From: an uncultured Candidatus Rokubacteria bacterium
GTDB taxonomy: Bacteria > Methylomirabilota > Methylomirabilia > Rokubacteriales > CSP1-6
Assembly (NCBI GenBank): GCA_963789955.1
Contig: CAWBMV010000036.1
Span: 32,001-96,000, forward strand
DNA: 64,000 nt
Reading direction: 5' to 3'
Below are positions 1 through 14,414 of the stretch, piece by piece. A program made the position numbers and the translations under genes. The notes beneath the pieces were generated by a model. The model was not told where the DNA came from, made no database searches, and saw nothing but the letters and a program-made list of their open reading frames with translations. Numbering within the stretch: position 1 is the stretch's first letter; each line of letters opens with the position of its first letter.

Positions 1-1
1 G

Positions 2-202
2 CGAGCGTACCAGTCGCTCGTGTCGCCGTTCCTGCCGAGCGCATGTCGGTTCGCGCCGACCTGCTCCGAGTACGCGCGGCTTGCGCTCGTGGAACACGGC
101 CTGCTGCGCGGCGCCGCCCTCGCGGTCTGGCGCGTCGCGCGTTGCCATCCATTCCATCCCGGGGGATTTGACCCGCCGCCGGCTCGAGCGAGGCGGGCCT
201 GA
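2..202 (+). CDS. yidD: Membrane protein insertion efficiency factor YidD (5' end lies before the window)
   Basis: [25 protein letters not shown]...[12 protein letters not shown] signature; directly upstream of yidC. Confidence 0.93.
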   Translation, partial: RAYQSLVSPFLPSACRFAPTCSEYARLALVEHGLLRGAALAVWRVARCHPFHPGGFDPPPARARRA

Positions 203-204
203 CG

Positions 205-1897
205 ATGGAAAAGCGGGCGATTCTCGCGGCAGTGCTCATGGCGGCGGTCTTCATCGTCTACCAGATGTTCTTCTTCCCTGAGACGCCGCCTCCGGCGAAG
301 CCCCAGCCAGCTCAGACCGCAAGCGAGCCACCCACGGCCCCGCCCCACCGGCACCTGCGCCGCCGACGGCGAGCGCACCGGCCCCAGCGCGAACGTCTCA
401 GGCGGCGCGTCCGCCGCAACGGCTCGTCACGGTGGAATCGTCGCTGTATCGCGACGTGGTCAGCAGCGAGGGCGGAAAGCTGCAAGAGCTGGTGCTCCGG
501 TATCGCAGCGAGAAGCCGATGGTCATCGTCGGCGACCTCGGTCCGGGTGGGCTTCAGCTGGCGCCTGACGAGAACGGTCCCGGCGAAGTCGTGCCGATGA
601 GCTTCGACAAGGATTCGCTGGTCCTGACGGACAAGCTCGCCGAGCTCGTGCTGACCGGCGAAGCCCAGGGCTCAGGATTCGCCAGACGCTCAGGTTCCAG
701 CCGGATGGGTATGCCATCGACGCGTTCGTGCGAGTCGAGAATCCCGGCGCCGCGCCGCGGACGGTCACGCTCAGCCTGCCGTGGCTGACCCGGCAGACCT
801 GGCGTGGAACCCCGGAGAAATTCCAGGGGCAGCACCCGACCGAGATCGTGTGGTCGACCCACGGATCCGTCAATAGAATTAATGACTTAACGGCGGCTCA
901 CAGCGTTACGTCCGACGGCGATTGGGTGGCCCTCGACAGCGTGTGGTATCTCGCGTCTCTCGTCCCCAAGAGCCCGGGGTTCAAGATCGTTGCGGCGACC
1001 GACGGCAAGGTCCCCGACGCGAAGAACGGCGATAAGGCGCCCGCGGGCCGCGTGACCATCGCGGTGAAGGCCACGCCCACGATCGCACCCGGCCAGGCGT
1101 GGGAAGGCACCGTCGTTCTGTACGCCGGTCCGAAGGAGTACGACCGCCTGAAGGCGCTCGGGCTGCAGGACACGATCAACTTCGGCGGCTTTCCCATACC
1201 CCGTAAGTACGGCGGCCTGCCGATGGAATGGCTCGGCGTGCCGATCCTGTTACTGCTGAACTGGACCTTCAAGCACGTCGGCAACTACGGCATCGCGATC
1301 ATCCTGCTCACGGTCGTGTCGAAGGTGCTGTTCTATCCCCTGACCGTCAAGAGCATGCGGTCGATGAAGGCGATGCAGGCGCTGCAGCCTCAGGTGAACG
1401 CGCTCCGGAGCAAGTATCAGAAGGACCCGCAGTCGCTGCAGCGCGAGACGCTGGCGCTCTACAAGAAGCATCGCGTGAATCCGATGGGCGGCTGCCTGCC
1501 GATGATCGCGCAGGTCCCGATCTTCTACGCGCTCTACCTGGCGTTGTCGGTATCGGTCGAGCTGCAGGGCTCGCCGTTCTTGTGCTTCGGACACCTCTTC
1601 GGCTTCGATCTGTGGATCTGCGATCTGGCCGCGCACGATCCGATCTACGTGTTGCCCGTGCTCATGGGCATCACGATGTTTGTGCAGCAGAAGTTGACGC
1701 CGACGATGGGCGACCCGCGGCAGGCGAAGATGATGCTGTTCATGCCGGTCGTCTTCACCTTCATGTTCCTCAACCTGCCCTCGGGCTTGGTTCTCTACTG
1801 GACCGTGTCCAACGTGCTCCAGATCCTGCAGCAGAAGCTCATGGATCGACCCGCGCGCACCCGCGCAGCACGCGAGGCGAAAGACGCCCGGGCCTGA
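205..1897 (+). CDS. yidC: Membrane protein insertase YidC, split over three frames (shifts near 350-430 and 690-730)
   Basis: N-terminal MEKRAILA TM anchor; YAGPK, NYGIAIILLT, PMGGCLPM..Q.PIF, LPSGLVLYW.VSN motifs. Confidence 0.95.
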
Positions 1898-3251
1898 GCC
1901 ACCCCGCGCCGCCGACACGATCGTCGCGGTCGCGACGGCGATCGGCGAGAGCGCCATCGGGGTGATTCGCGTGAGCGGCCCGGACGCGATCGCGATCGTC
2001 GGTCCCCTGCTCCGGAGCGCCGTTCCGCTGGCGGCATTCCCTTCGCACGTCCTTCGCCGCGTCGGCATCGTCGACGCGAAGAGCTCAGAGCGCGTAGACG
2101 ACGCGCTGTGCGCGGTGATGCTCGCGCCGCGTTCGTATACGGGCGAGGACGTCGTGGAGCTGTCGTGTCACGGCTCGCCGGCGTTGCTGCGACTGGTGAC
2201 GCAATGGATCGTCGCCGGCGGCGCTCGGTTGGCGGCGCCCGGCGAGTTCACGCGCCGAGCGTTTCTGAACGGCCGTCTCGATCTCGCGCAGGCCGAGGCC
2301 GTGGCGCTCATGATCGGCGCGCGTACCGATCGCGCCGTCGCGCTCGCGGCGCGCGCGCTCGCGGGCGGACTCGCGGATCAGGTGCGGAGCTGGCGAGACA
2401 CCCTCGTGGAGATCATCGCCGGCCTCGAGGTGGTGCTCGACTTCCCTGACGAGCGTATCGGCCACGACCTCGAAGCCGCGCGCGCCACGATTGCCCGGCT
2501 CCAGGCCGCGGTCGACCGCGCGGTAGCGGCCGCTCGTCATGGCCGAGTCGTGCACGACGGGATCACGGTCGCCCTCATCGGTCCACCGAACGCCGGCAAG
2601 TCGAGCTTGCTGAACGCGCTGCTCGGCCGCGAGCGCGCGATCGTGTCCGCGGCGCCAGGCACGACGCGCGACGTGGTGGAAGCAACGATGGTGATCGGCG
2701 GCGTGCCCGTGCGGCTTCTCGACACGGCAGGGCTCGCCGTTCCCCACGATCCGATCGAAGCCGAAGGCATGCGGCGAAGTCGCCTGGCGATCGATGAGAG
2801 CGATCTCCTCCTGGTCGTGATGGACACGAGCATCCCCCCGGACCGACACGTCCTAGAAGAGACGGCAGACCGCGCGCGCGTCCTCGTGCTCACGAAGAGC
2901 GATCTCCCCCGTCATCCGGATGCCGTGTCCCTGCCCGGCGCGGTGAACGCCTCGACGGTCAGCGACGGCGGGATCGACTTGCTGCTCGAGCGCCTCGCGC
3001 AAGAGGTCGAGCATCGAGCCGCCGCGGCCGGAGACGAAGGCGGCATCGTGACGTCGCTTCGCCAGCTCGAGCTGCTTCAGGCATTCGCCAGTTCCCTCGC
3101 CTCGAGTGTGGCCGCGCTGGCGGAGGCGCCCCTCGAAGCGGCGCTAGTCGATCTGAAGCTTGCTCTTGGTCTCACCGGTGAAATCCTGGGTGTCGATGTG
3201 GGTGACGCGGTTCTCGACCGCATTTTCTCGACCTTCTGCCTCGGCAAGTGA
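1896..3251 (+). CDS. mnmE: tRNA modification GTPase MnmE (start approximate)
   Basis: DTIVAVAT..G..AIGVIRVSG, SYTGEDVVELSCHG, GPPNAGKSS, GTTRD, DTAG, C-terminal FCLGK. Confidence 0.95.
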   Translation, partial: EPPRAADTIVAVATAIGESAIGVIRVSGPDAIAIVGPLLRSAVPLAAFPSHVLRRVGIVDAKSSERVDDALCAVMLAPRSYTGEDVVELSCHGSPALLRLVTQWIVAGGARLAAPGEFTRRAFLNGRLDLAQAEAVALMIGARTDRAVALAARALAGGLADQVRSWRDTLVEIIAGLEVVLDFPDERIGHDLEAARATIARLQAAVDRAVAAARHGRVVHDGITVALIGPPNAGKSSLLNALLGRERAIVSAAPGTTRDVVEATMVIGGVPVRLLDTAGLAVPHDPIEAEGMRRSRLAIDESDLLLVVMDTSIPPDRHVLEETADRARVLVLTKSDLPRHPDAVSLPGAVNASTVSDGGIDLLLERLAQEVEHRAAAAGDEGGIVTSLRQLELLQAFASSLASSVAALAEAPLEAALVDLKLALGLTGEILGVDVGDAVLDRIFSTFCLGK

Positions 3252-3861
3252 CGCCGCTGGAGGCCCTGTCCAATGGGGCCGGGGCGATCCTGAAGCGACC
3301 GCTTTCCGTTCGCGAGCGCGACAACTTTGGCAAATATCTGAGTCTATTGTTGAAATGGCAGAAGGCCCATCGCCTGGTGGGTTCGTCCGACCCGATGTGG
3401 ATCGTGGAACATCTCTTTCTGGATAGCCTGCTCTTCCTGAAGCTGCTTCCCTCTTCAGTTCGAAGCTCTGGGAGACGTGGGTTCGGGCGCCGGTCTGCCC
3501 GGGGCTCCCGATCAAGATCGTCAGGCGTGAGATCGACGTGGTCTTGATCGAGTCGCGCCGCCGCCGGGCAATGTTCCTCACCAGCGCCATTCGAGTGATG
3601 AGGCTTGGTGGGGCCCGTGTCGCAGAGGGCCGAGTCGAGAGCCTCGGCGAGGAGCTCGGCGGGCGGCTCGACGCCGTGGTCATGCGCTGCGCCGGCGATG
3701 TCGAGGAGATGATTCCCGCCGCGGCGGCCCTGGTGTCGGAGTCCGGAATCGTCGTTGCGTCGGGTCCGCCGAAGCCGAAACCCCTATCCATCGGAGAATG
3801 GGCCACCGTTCCCGGAGTCAGGCCGGGCTCATCCCGCCGCTTTGCAGTTTACCGACCCTAG
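3248..3861 (+). CDS. rsmG: 16S rRNA m7G527 methyltransferase RsmG (GidB), frameshifted near 3470-3510
   Basis: LLLKWQ..H.LV, HLFLDSL, DVGSGAGLPG across the shift, LIESRRRR..FL; conserved position between mnmE and parA. Confidence 0.88.
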
Positions 3862-3968
3862 GCTCGTAGCGGTCGGAGGCACGGACCATTGGGCGTGGCC
3901 GCTGCTAGACGTACTACAGCGGCACCCATTAACGGAAAGTTTGACTGGACATGGCAGACTGTGGAAAG

Positions 3969-3984
3969 TGTTGCGCGTGGAACA
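3969..3984. promoter_or_regulatory. parS centromere-like site
   Basis: TGTTGCGCGTGGAACA resembles the parS palindrome TGTTNCACGTGAAACA; immediately upstream of parAB; second CGTGGAACA half-site at 4027-4035. Confidence 0.75.
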
Positions 3985-4063
3985 CTCGGCATAATAGCAA
4001 ACACGTGTTGACTAGATAGTGTGCGTCGTGGAACACTCTAGCGGCGAAGGCAAGGGCTGAACG

Positions 4064-4831
4064 ATGGCTCGGACCCTCGCGATCGTGAACCAGAAGGGTG
4101 GCGTCGGGAAGACGACAACCGCCGTGAATCTGGCCGCAGGGCTCGCGCTGGCCGAGCGGCCTACGCTCATCGTCGATCTCGACCCGCAGGGAAACGCGAC
4201 GACCGGGCTGGGCGTCCAGAAGAGCGGCCTCCATCCGACGGTCTATCACGTCCTCCTCGGTGGCGAAGCGGCCGAGAAGGCGATCCGCGAGACGGTCGTA
4301 CCTGGGCTGAAGCTGCTTCCGGCCGACATCGATCTGGTCGGGGCCGAGATCGAGCTCGTCGGGGTCGAGAGGCGAGAGCACCGACTCAGGGACGTATTGG
4401 CTACGGTTTCTGCGGCCTACGACTACATCATCATCGATTGTCCGCCGTCGCTGGGGCTACTGACCATCAACGCGCTCGTCGCGGCCGACCGGGTTCTAGT
4501 TCCGCTGCAGTGCGAGTTCTACGCGCTCGAGGGCCTCGCGCATCTACTCAAGAAGACCGTGAAGCTTGTCCGGGACAAGCTCAATCCCGGCCTGGACCTC
4601 TTGGGGATCTTGCTGACGATGTTCGATGGCCGCACGAGCCTCACGCTCCAGATCCGCGAAGAGGTCAATCGATACTTTCCTGGCCAGGTGTTTGACACGG
4701 TCATTCCGCGCAACGTCCGCCTCACGGAGGCGCCCAGCCACGGTAGGCCGGTCATGCTTCACGACCTCAAGTCCAGTGGCTCCGCCGCATACCTCGAACT
4801 GACTCGGGAGGTGCTGAACCATGATTACTAA
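4064..4831 (+). CDS. parA: Chromosome partitioning ATPase ParA/Soj
   Basis: NQKGGVGKTT, DLDPQGNAT, IDCPPSLG, PLQCEFYALEG, IPRNVRL.EAPSHG. Confidence 0.97.
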   Translation: MARTLAIVNQKGGVGKTTTAVNLAAGLALAERPTLIVDLDPQGNATTGLGVQKSGLHPTVYHVLLGGEAAEKAIRETVVPGLKLLPADIDLVGAEIELVGVERREHRLRDVLATVSAAYDYIIIDCPPSLGLLTINALVAADRVLVPLQCEFYALEGLAHLLKKTVKLVRDKLNPGLDLLGILLTMFDGRTSLTLQIREEVNRYFPGQVFDTVIPRNVRLTEAPSHGRPVMLHDLKSSGSAAYLELTREVLNHDY

Positions 4832-5678
4832 GCGAGGTCTCGGTCGTGGGTTGGGCGCGCTGTTGGCCTCTGAGCCGGCGGAAGCGGAAGCGCTCGTCGA
4901 CGTACCGATCGATCAGATCGAGGTGAACCCGAACCAGCCCAGGAAGGTGTTCGACTTCACGGCGCTGGACGAGCTGGCCGCGTCCATCAAGTCGTCTGGA
5001 GTCATCCAGCCGATCATCGTCCGAAGAATCGGGGGAGCCTACCAGCTCATCGCCGGAGAGCGGCGGTGGCGTGCGGCGCGTCAGGCCGGGCTCGAGCGGA
5101 TTCCCGCGATCGTGCGCGAGGCCACCGACGCGCAGAGCATCGAGCTCGCACTCGTCGAGAATCTGCTGCGCGAGGATTTGAACCCGATCGAGGCGGCGCA
5201 GGCCTATCAGAAGCTTCTCGCGGAGTTCGCGTGGACGCAGGAAGAGCTCGCGCAGCGGATCGGGAAGGACCGCACGTCGATCGCGAACTGTCTCCGGCTG
5301 CTGAAACTGCCGGAGGAAATCCAGGCCGATCTGCGAAGCGGCCGCCTGACGATGGGCCACGCGCGCGCACTGCTGGCGTTGCCGACAGTTTCCGAGCAGC
5401 TCCGGCTGCGAGACGAGATTCTGACCCACGACTGGTCGGTCCGGACGACCGAGGATTCGATCCGCGCGAAGGAGTCGCTCGCCGAGGCCCGCGGGCTGGC
5501 GCCGCGGAAGGGCCGGCGGCGCTCCGTCGAGCTGGCGGCGCTCGAGGAGGCGCTCCAGCGTGGCCTGATGACGCGCGTGCGGATCATCGGCAACGAGCGA
5601 AAGGGTAAGATCGAGGTCAGCTACGCGACGCCCGACGAGCTCGAGCGGCTCGCCGAGATCTTCGGCGCTCGCCACTAG
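4821..5678 (+). CDS. parB: Chromosome partitioning protein ParB/Spo0J
   Basis: RGLGRGL, NPNQPRK.F, IAGERRWRAA, ENLLREDLNPIE, HTH region. Confidence 0.97.
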   Translation: MITKRGLGRGLGALLASEPAEAEALVDVPIDQIEVNPNQPRKVFDFTALDELAASIKSSGVIQPIIVRRIGGAYQLIAGERRWRAARQAGLERIPAIVREATDAQSIELALVENLLREDLNPIEAAQAYQKLLAEFAWTQEELAQRIGKDRTSIANCLRLLKLPEEIQADLRSGRLTMGHARALLALPTVSEQLRLRDEILTHDWSVRTTEDSIRAKESLAEARGLAPRKGRRRSVELAALEEALQRGLMTRVRIIGNERKGKIEVSYATPDELERLAEIFGARH

Positions 5679-5730
5679 ATCGCGGCCGGCAAGCGCGAGA
5701 CACGCACACGAGGTCGCGACCAGGCGCGAA

Positions 5731-6816
5731 ATGGCAGATCGTATCGTCGTCGGCATGAGCGGAGGAGTCGACTCGTCGGTCGCCGCGGCCCTGCTGGTGG
5801 AGCAGGGGTGCGACGTCGTCGGCATCACCATGCGCGTCTGGCCGCGCCAGGAAGCGGACGAGCCGACGAAGCGGTTCGGAAGCTGCTGCGGCACCGAGGC
5901 GGTCGAGGACGCGCGCCAGGTCGCGCGCACGCTCGGTATTCCGCACTACCTCCTCAGCATGGACGAAGAATTTAACCAAAAGGTGATCGACCAGTTCGTC
6001 GATTCATACGGCAAAGGGCAGACTCCGATTCCGTGCTTGTCGTGTAACAGCAACCTAAAGTTCGGTTCGCTGCTCGGGCGCGCGCGCGCGTGGGACGCCG
6101 CGGCCGTCGCCACCGGGCACTACGCGCGGGTCGAGCGCGATCCGGTCACGGGACGCCATCTGCTCCTGCGGCCCAAGGATCTACGGAAGGACCAGACCGA
6201 TTTTCTCTGGCCCCTCACGCAGGCGCAGCTCGGCGCGGCGCGGTTTCCGATCGGCGAGCTCACGAAGGACGAGGTACGAGCCCGCGCGCGGCGCCTGGCG
6301 CTGGTCACCGCCGACAAGCCGGAGAGCCAGGACATCTGCTTCGTCCCCGACGACGACTATCGCGGCTTCCTGCGACGCCGTGCCCCCGAGGTGTTTCGGC
6401 CCGGCGCGGTCGTCGATCGGCTCGGCACCACGCTCGGCGCGCACGGCGGTATCGCGGGGTTCACCGTCGGCCAGAAGCGCGGGCTCGGGCTGGCGGCCGG
6501 CCGGCCGCTCTACGTGATCGACCTCGATCCCGAGCGCAACACGGTCACGGTCGGCGGCGCGGCCGAGCTCGAGCGCGACCGGCTCGTGGCGACCGCGGTC
6601 AATTTCATCGCGTGCGCGCCGCCGACCTCTCCGCTGCGCGTCGCGGCAAAGATCCGCCACAGCCACCAGCCGGCGCCGGCCACCGTGCGTGCGCTGGAAG
6701 GCGACGCCGCGGAGGTCGTCTTCGACACCCCGCAGCGCGCCGTGAGCCCCGGCCAGTCGGTGGTCTTTTACGACGGCGACGTCGTGGTCGGGGGCGGGGT
6801 CATTTCGCGCTCGTGA
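5731..6816 (+). CDS. mnmA: tRNA-specific 2-thiouridylase MnmA
   Basis: MSGGVDSS PP-loop, TP.PC..CN, ATGHY, KDQ, KPESQDICF, PGQSVVFY. Confidence 0.97.
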   Translation: MADRIVVGMSGGVDSSVAAALLVEQGCDVVGITMRVWPRQEADEPTKRFGSCCGTEAVEDARQVARTLGIPHYLLSMDEEFNQKVIDQFVDSYGKGQTPIPCLSCNSNLKFGSLLGRARAWDAAAVATGHYARVERDPVTGRHLLLRPKDLRKDQTDFLWPLTQAQLGAARFPIGELTKDEVRARARRLALVTADKPESQDICFVPDDDYRGFLRRRAPEVFRPGAVVDRLGTTLGAHGGIAGFTVGQKRGLGLAAGRPLYVIDLDPERNTVTVGGAAELERDRLVATAVNFIACAPPTSPLRVAAKIRHSHQPAPATVRALEGDAAEVVFDTPQRAVSPGQSVVFYDGDVVVGGGVISRS

Positions 6817-6831
6817 GGCCGCGCGCGGCGA

Positions 6832-6861
6832 TTGACACCGAGCGGAATTGCGTGATAGTTT
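6832..6861 (+). promoter_or_regulatory. Putative sigma70 promoter of the atp operon
   Basis: TTGACA (6832-6837), 18 bp spacer, TGa-TAGTTT; GGAG RBS before the atpF ATG. Confidence 0.5.
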
Positions 6862-6905
6862 TCACAAACCTTCGTCGGGCATCTCGAGATCGAGGAGACC
6901 TCCGA

Positions 6906-7503
6906 ATGCATCAGCGTGTACGGGAATGGATCGGCACCGTCGCGCGTATCGTCGTCCTGCTGGTGTTGCTGGCGCCGGGCATCGCGCTGGCGGCGAGCGA
7001 GGGCGGGCACGAGAGCGGCGGCCTCATCAGCCTCGACAAGTCGCTGATCATCCAGTTCCTGAACTTCATCATCTTGCTGCTGATCCTGCAGCGTCTGCTC
7101 TACAAGCCGTTCCTCGCGAAGATGGCCGAGCGCACGCAGGCGATCCAGAAATCGCTCGACGAGGCGCAGGCGGCACGCGCCGAAGCCGCGCGCCAGCAGG
7201 AGGAGAACGAGACGCGGCTCCGCACGTCGCTTAGCCGAGGCGGCGGCCATCCGCGCACAGGCCCTGAAGGACGCGGCGGACGAGCAAAAGCGGCTGGTCG
7301 ACGCCGCGCGCGCTGAATCGCAGCGCCTCGTCGAGACCGCGAAGGCGCAGATGGACGCGGACGTGCGCCGCGCGCGTGACGAGTTGCGGCGCGAGGTCGC
7401 CGACCTGGCGACGGCGGTCGCCGAGAAGCTCATGCGCCGCAGCCTGCGCGACGAAGATCACCGGCGGATCGTCGCGGACGCGATTTCCAAGGTCGGCAAC
7501 TAG
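6906..7503 (+). CDS. atpF: ATP synthase F0 subunit b with N-terminal extension, frameshift near 7230
   Basis: IIQFLNFIILLLILQRLLYKP TM then long Ala/Glu/Arg coiled coil; first gene before atpH. Confidence 0.9.
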
Positions 7504-8052
7504 GTGAAGGCCTCGCCCGGCGTCGCCCGCTCCTACGGGAAGGCGCTCTTCGAGCTCGCCCGCGAGCGCAACCAGGTGGACGTCATCGCGCGCGAGCTCG
7601 AGGCGGTCGCGGCCCAGTTCGCCAGCGAGCCCGGGCTGCACGCGTTCTTCGCGCGCCCGTGGGTCACCTCGGCCGCCAAGCGCGGCGTCGCGGCCGAGAT
7701 CGCGAGCCGGCTCCAGGTCTCGAAGCTCGCCCAGGATTTTCTCGCGCTGGTGGCCGCGCAGGGGCGGGCCGACCACCTGGAGGCGATCGTCGGGGCCTTC
7801 CGTGAGCTCCACGACCAAGCCGAGAATCGCGTCCGCGCTCGCGTGCGGACCGCGGTCCCGCTCAACGACGCCGACCGCTCGGCGCTGACGGGAAAGCTGA
7901 GCCGCGCGCTGGGCGGCAAGCACGTGGTGCTCGAGGAAGTCGCCGACCGAGAGCTGCTCGGCGGCTTCGTGGCCGAAGTGGGCAGCCTGCTCGTCGACGG
8001 AAGCCTGGACGGACAGCTGGCGCGAATGCACCGACGCCTCGCGCAGGGGTAG
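7504..8052 (+). CDS. atpH: ATP synthase F1 subunit delta
   Basis: [31 protein letters not shown]. Confidence 0.95.
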   Translation: MKASPGVARSYGKALFELARERNQVDVIARELEAVAAQFASEPGLHAFFARPWVTSAAKRGVAAEIASRLQVSKLAQDFLALVAAQGRADHLEAIVGAFRELHDQAENRVRARVRTAVPLNDADRSALTGKLSRALGGKHVVLEEVADRELLGGFVAEVGSLLVDGSLDGQLARMHRRLAQG

Positions 8053-8068
8053 GGGACAGGAGAGAGCG

Positions 8069-9595
<1,527 letters not shown>

Positions 9596-9606
9596 AGTCC
9601 GGCCCG

Positions 9607-11933
<2,327 letters not shown>

Positions 11934-11935
11934 CA

Positions 11936-12346
11936 GTGGCCGACCGGATCACGCTCGAGATCGCCACGCCGACGCGCCTGGTCGTGGCCGAGACGGTCGA
12001 CGAGATCGTCATCCCCGGCAGCCAGGGCTACTTCGGTGTGCTGCCGGGCCACGCGGCCTTCCTGACGACCCTCGGAATCGGCGAGCTCATGTACCGGATC
12101 GGGCGCGACGAGCACTATCTGGCGGTCTCGGGCGGCTTCGCCGAGGTGCGCAACGACAAGGTGATCGTGCTCGCTGATACCGCCGAGCGCCCCGAAGAGA
12201 TCGATCGTACGCGGGCCGAGCGCGCCCGCGAGCGCGCCGAGCGCCGGCTCGCCGGCCGCGTCGAGGAAGAAGTCGACTACCAGCGGGCGCTCGCCGCGCT
12301 GGCCCGCGCGCTGGCGCGACTCCTGACCGCCGGTCGCGCTCGCTAG
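11936..12346 (+). CDS. atpC: ATP synthase F1 subunit epsilon
   Basis: LEIATP, GYFGVLPGHA, VSGGFAEV, C-terminal helical hairpin. Confidence 0.97.
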   Translation: MADRITLEIATPTRLVVAETVDEIVIPGSQGYFGVLPGHAAFLTTLGIGELMYRIGRDEHYLAVSGGFAEVRNDKVIVLADTAERPEEIDRTRAERARERAERRLAGRVEEEVDYQRALAALARALARLLTAGRAR

Positions 12347-12509
12347 AAATCTCATCGACGGCCCGCCCCGCGTAGCCCGGTACAATTCGGACGACCCGTC
12401 AACGCGACGACCGCGAGGCTGCCCAGCGGCGTGGGCGCGGCGCCCGCCCCGCTGGGCGCCGGCGGAGCTCTGGGGCAGGGAACTCCGCGGCGTTGCGTGT
12501 GATTCGCGC

Positions 12510-12524
12510 TGGCATCGCGCTTGC
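12510..12524 (+). promoter_or_regulatory. Putative sigma54 (-24/-12) promoter
   Basis: TGGCATCGCGCTTGC = exact GG-N10-GC spacing, TGGCA...TTGC consensus, 14 nt before the receiver-gene ATG. Confidence 0.55.
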
Positions 12525-12538
12525 CGTTAGAGATCGTC

Positions 12539-12925
12539 ATGCTAACGGTCCTGATCGCCGACGACGAGCCGTACGTGGTCGACCTCATCCGCCTCACGCT
12601 CGAAGACGAGCGCATTTCCGTCATCGATGCTTACGATGGCGAGACGGCGCTCGCTCACGCCGAGGCGATGCGGCCGGAGCTGATCTTCCTCGACGTCCAG
12701 CTGCCCGACATCAGCGGGCTCGAGGTGTGCGCGCGACTGCGGAGCGATCCCCGGTTCGCCGAGACCAAGATCGTGATGCTGACCGCGGCGGCCCAGGAGT
12801 CCGACGTCGCGCGGGGGCTCGCGGCCGGGGCCAATCACTATCTGACCAAGCCGTTCTCTCCGGTGCGCCTGCTCTCGCTCGTCGAGAGCGTGGTGCCGCA
12901 TGCGGCCGTATGGCAACGCGAGTAG
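12539..12925 (+). CDS. Single-domain response regulator (receiver)
   Basis: VLIADDE, IFLDVQLP, VMLT, YLTKPF. Confidence 0.93.
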   Translation: MLTVLIADDEPYVVDLIRLTLEDERISVIDAYDGETALAHAEAMRPELIFLDVQLPDISGLEVCARLRSDPRFAETKIVMLTAAAQESDVARGLAAGANHYLTKPFSPVRLLSLVESVVPHAAVWQRE

Positions 12926-13644
12926 GCGCGGCGCCGGGCGACGACCTCACCGTCGCCTATCGCCGCCTCAACGCCGCGTACCAGCAAACGCTGCGGTACG
13001 CCGAGGACGTGCGGCGGCTCTACCAGCAGGTGCAGCGCGCGATCTATCAGTCGCTGCTCGGCCTGGCCAACGCGCTGGAGGCGAAGGACGCGTACACGCG
13101 AGGTCACTCCGAGCGGGTCGGCGCGTGGAGCCGCGGCGTCGCGTCGGCGCTCGGGCTGCCGCCCGGCGAGGTCGACATGATCGGCCAGGCCGGCCTCCTG
13201 CACGACATCGGGAAGATCGGCATTCCCGAAGGAGTACTGCGCAAGCCCGGCGCGCTCGATCCCGAGGAATGGACCGTGATGCGCAATCATCCGCTGATCG
13301 GCGCGCAGATCGTCGCGCCGTTCGACTTCTTCACGGGCGGCGCCTTGATGATCCGCCACCACCACGAGCGCTGGGACGGCTCCGGCTACCCGGACGGGCT
13401 GACCGGGGACGAGATTCCGCTCGGCGCGCGGATCATCGCGGTCGCGGACGTGTACGACGCGCTGACATCGAGCCGTCCGTATCGTGCCGCCCTCTCGCAC
13501 GCGACGGCGATCGAGCACCTCACGTCATCGGCGGGACTCACGCTCGACGAGGATGCGGTGTCCATGTTCGTCAGCCTGATCCAGACGCTGGCCACCGCGA
13601 AGCCCGATGTGGGCGCTCGATCAACCCTACGCTCCTCGGGCTGA
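12910..13644 (+). CDS. HD-GYP domain phosphodiesterase (cyclic dinucleotide)
   Basis: KDAYTRGHSERV, LLHDIGKIG, HHERWDGSGYPDGL, VADVYDALTS.RPYR. Confidence 0.93.
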   Translation: MATRVGAAPGDDLTVAYRRLNAAYQQTLRYAEDVRRLYQQVQRAIYQSLLGLANALEAKDAYTRGHSERVGAWSRGVASALGLPPGEVDMIGQAGLLHDIGKIGIPEGVLRKPGALDPEEWTVMRNHPLIGAQIVAPFDFFTGGALMIRHHHERWDGSGYPDGLTGDEIPLGARIIAVADVYDALTSSRPYRAALSHATAIEHLTSSAGLTLDEDAVSMFVSLIQTLATAKPDVGARSTLRSSG

Positions 13645-13682
13645 GCGCCTGCTCGCCGACACCCCACTGGCACTGCTCGCTA

Positions 13683-14414
13683 GTGCTGGCGGTCGGCGCC
13701 GCGGTCGCGATGCTCCTGGTCGAGGTCTCGATACTTCCGGCGCACGCCGTGCGCGTGATCGGCGTTACGGCGGGACAGGGCGCCTTGCTCGCCACCGCGC
13801 TGGCCTGGGCACCCGTGAGCCCGGCGTCGAGTGTGGTCGCGATCGCGCTGCTCGGGCTGGCCGCCACCGCATCCGCGGTGGCCGCTCCCGGTGCCGCCGC
13901 ATATCTGGCGCCCGCACTGTGGATCTCGTGGCTCGCCGCCCGCGGCCAGCTCGACAGCCTGGGTCTCGGCACGCCGGTCTCGTTGCGCGCCGTGGTGACG
14001 GGCGCCCTCGCGGGGGCCGGTCTCTCGATCCACTTGCTCGTCTCCGCGTCGCGGACTCTCGGTGTTCAGGTGCGCGTCGATCACGCGTCCGAGATACTGT
14101 CGGCGATCGCCTACGACGTCGGCGCCAACGTGCTCGCGGCCGAATGCTTCTTCCGCGGCGCGCTCTTCAATCGAGCCGCGCGGCGCTGGTCCTTCGCGAC
14201 CGCGGCGACCGTGGCGACGGCGGCGTACGTGCTCCGCTATCTCGTCGATCCGCTCCTGCCGAAGAGCCCCGAGCTGGTAGCCGGCGCCGTCTTCTACCTC
14301 GCGCTGCTCGGCGCGATCAACTGCTGGCTTCTGGCGTGGTCGCAGAGCCTGGTGCCGGGGCTCGTGAGCGCGACGCTCTTCTTCGCGGCGTACCGCACCC
14401 TCGGCCCGCGATGA
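13683..14414 (+). CDS. Abi/CPBP (CAAX protease-like) membrane protein with degenerate motifs (start approximate)
   Basis: Multiple TM helices; AECFFRG in place of EExxxR; SL.PG motif near the C-terminus without the HxxxN His. Confidence 0.6.
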   Translation: MLAVGAAVAMLLVEVSILPAHAVRVIGVTAGQGALLATALAWAPVSPASSVVAIALLGLAATASAVAAPGAAAYLAPALWISWLAARGQLDSLGLGTPVSLRAVVTGALAGAGLSIHLLVSASRTLGVQVRVDHASEILSAIAYDVGANVLAAECFFRGALFNRAARRWSFATAATVATAAYVLRYLVDPLLPKSPELVAGAVFYLALLGAINCWLLAWSQSLVPGLVSATLFFAAYRTLGPR

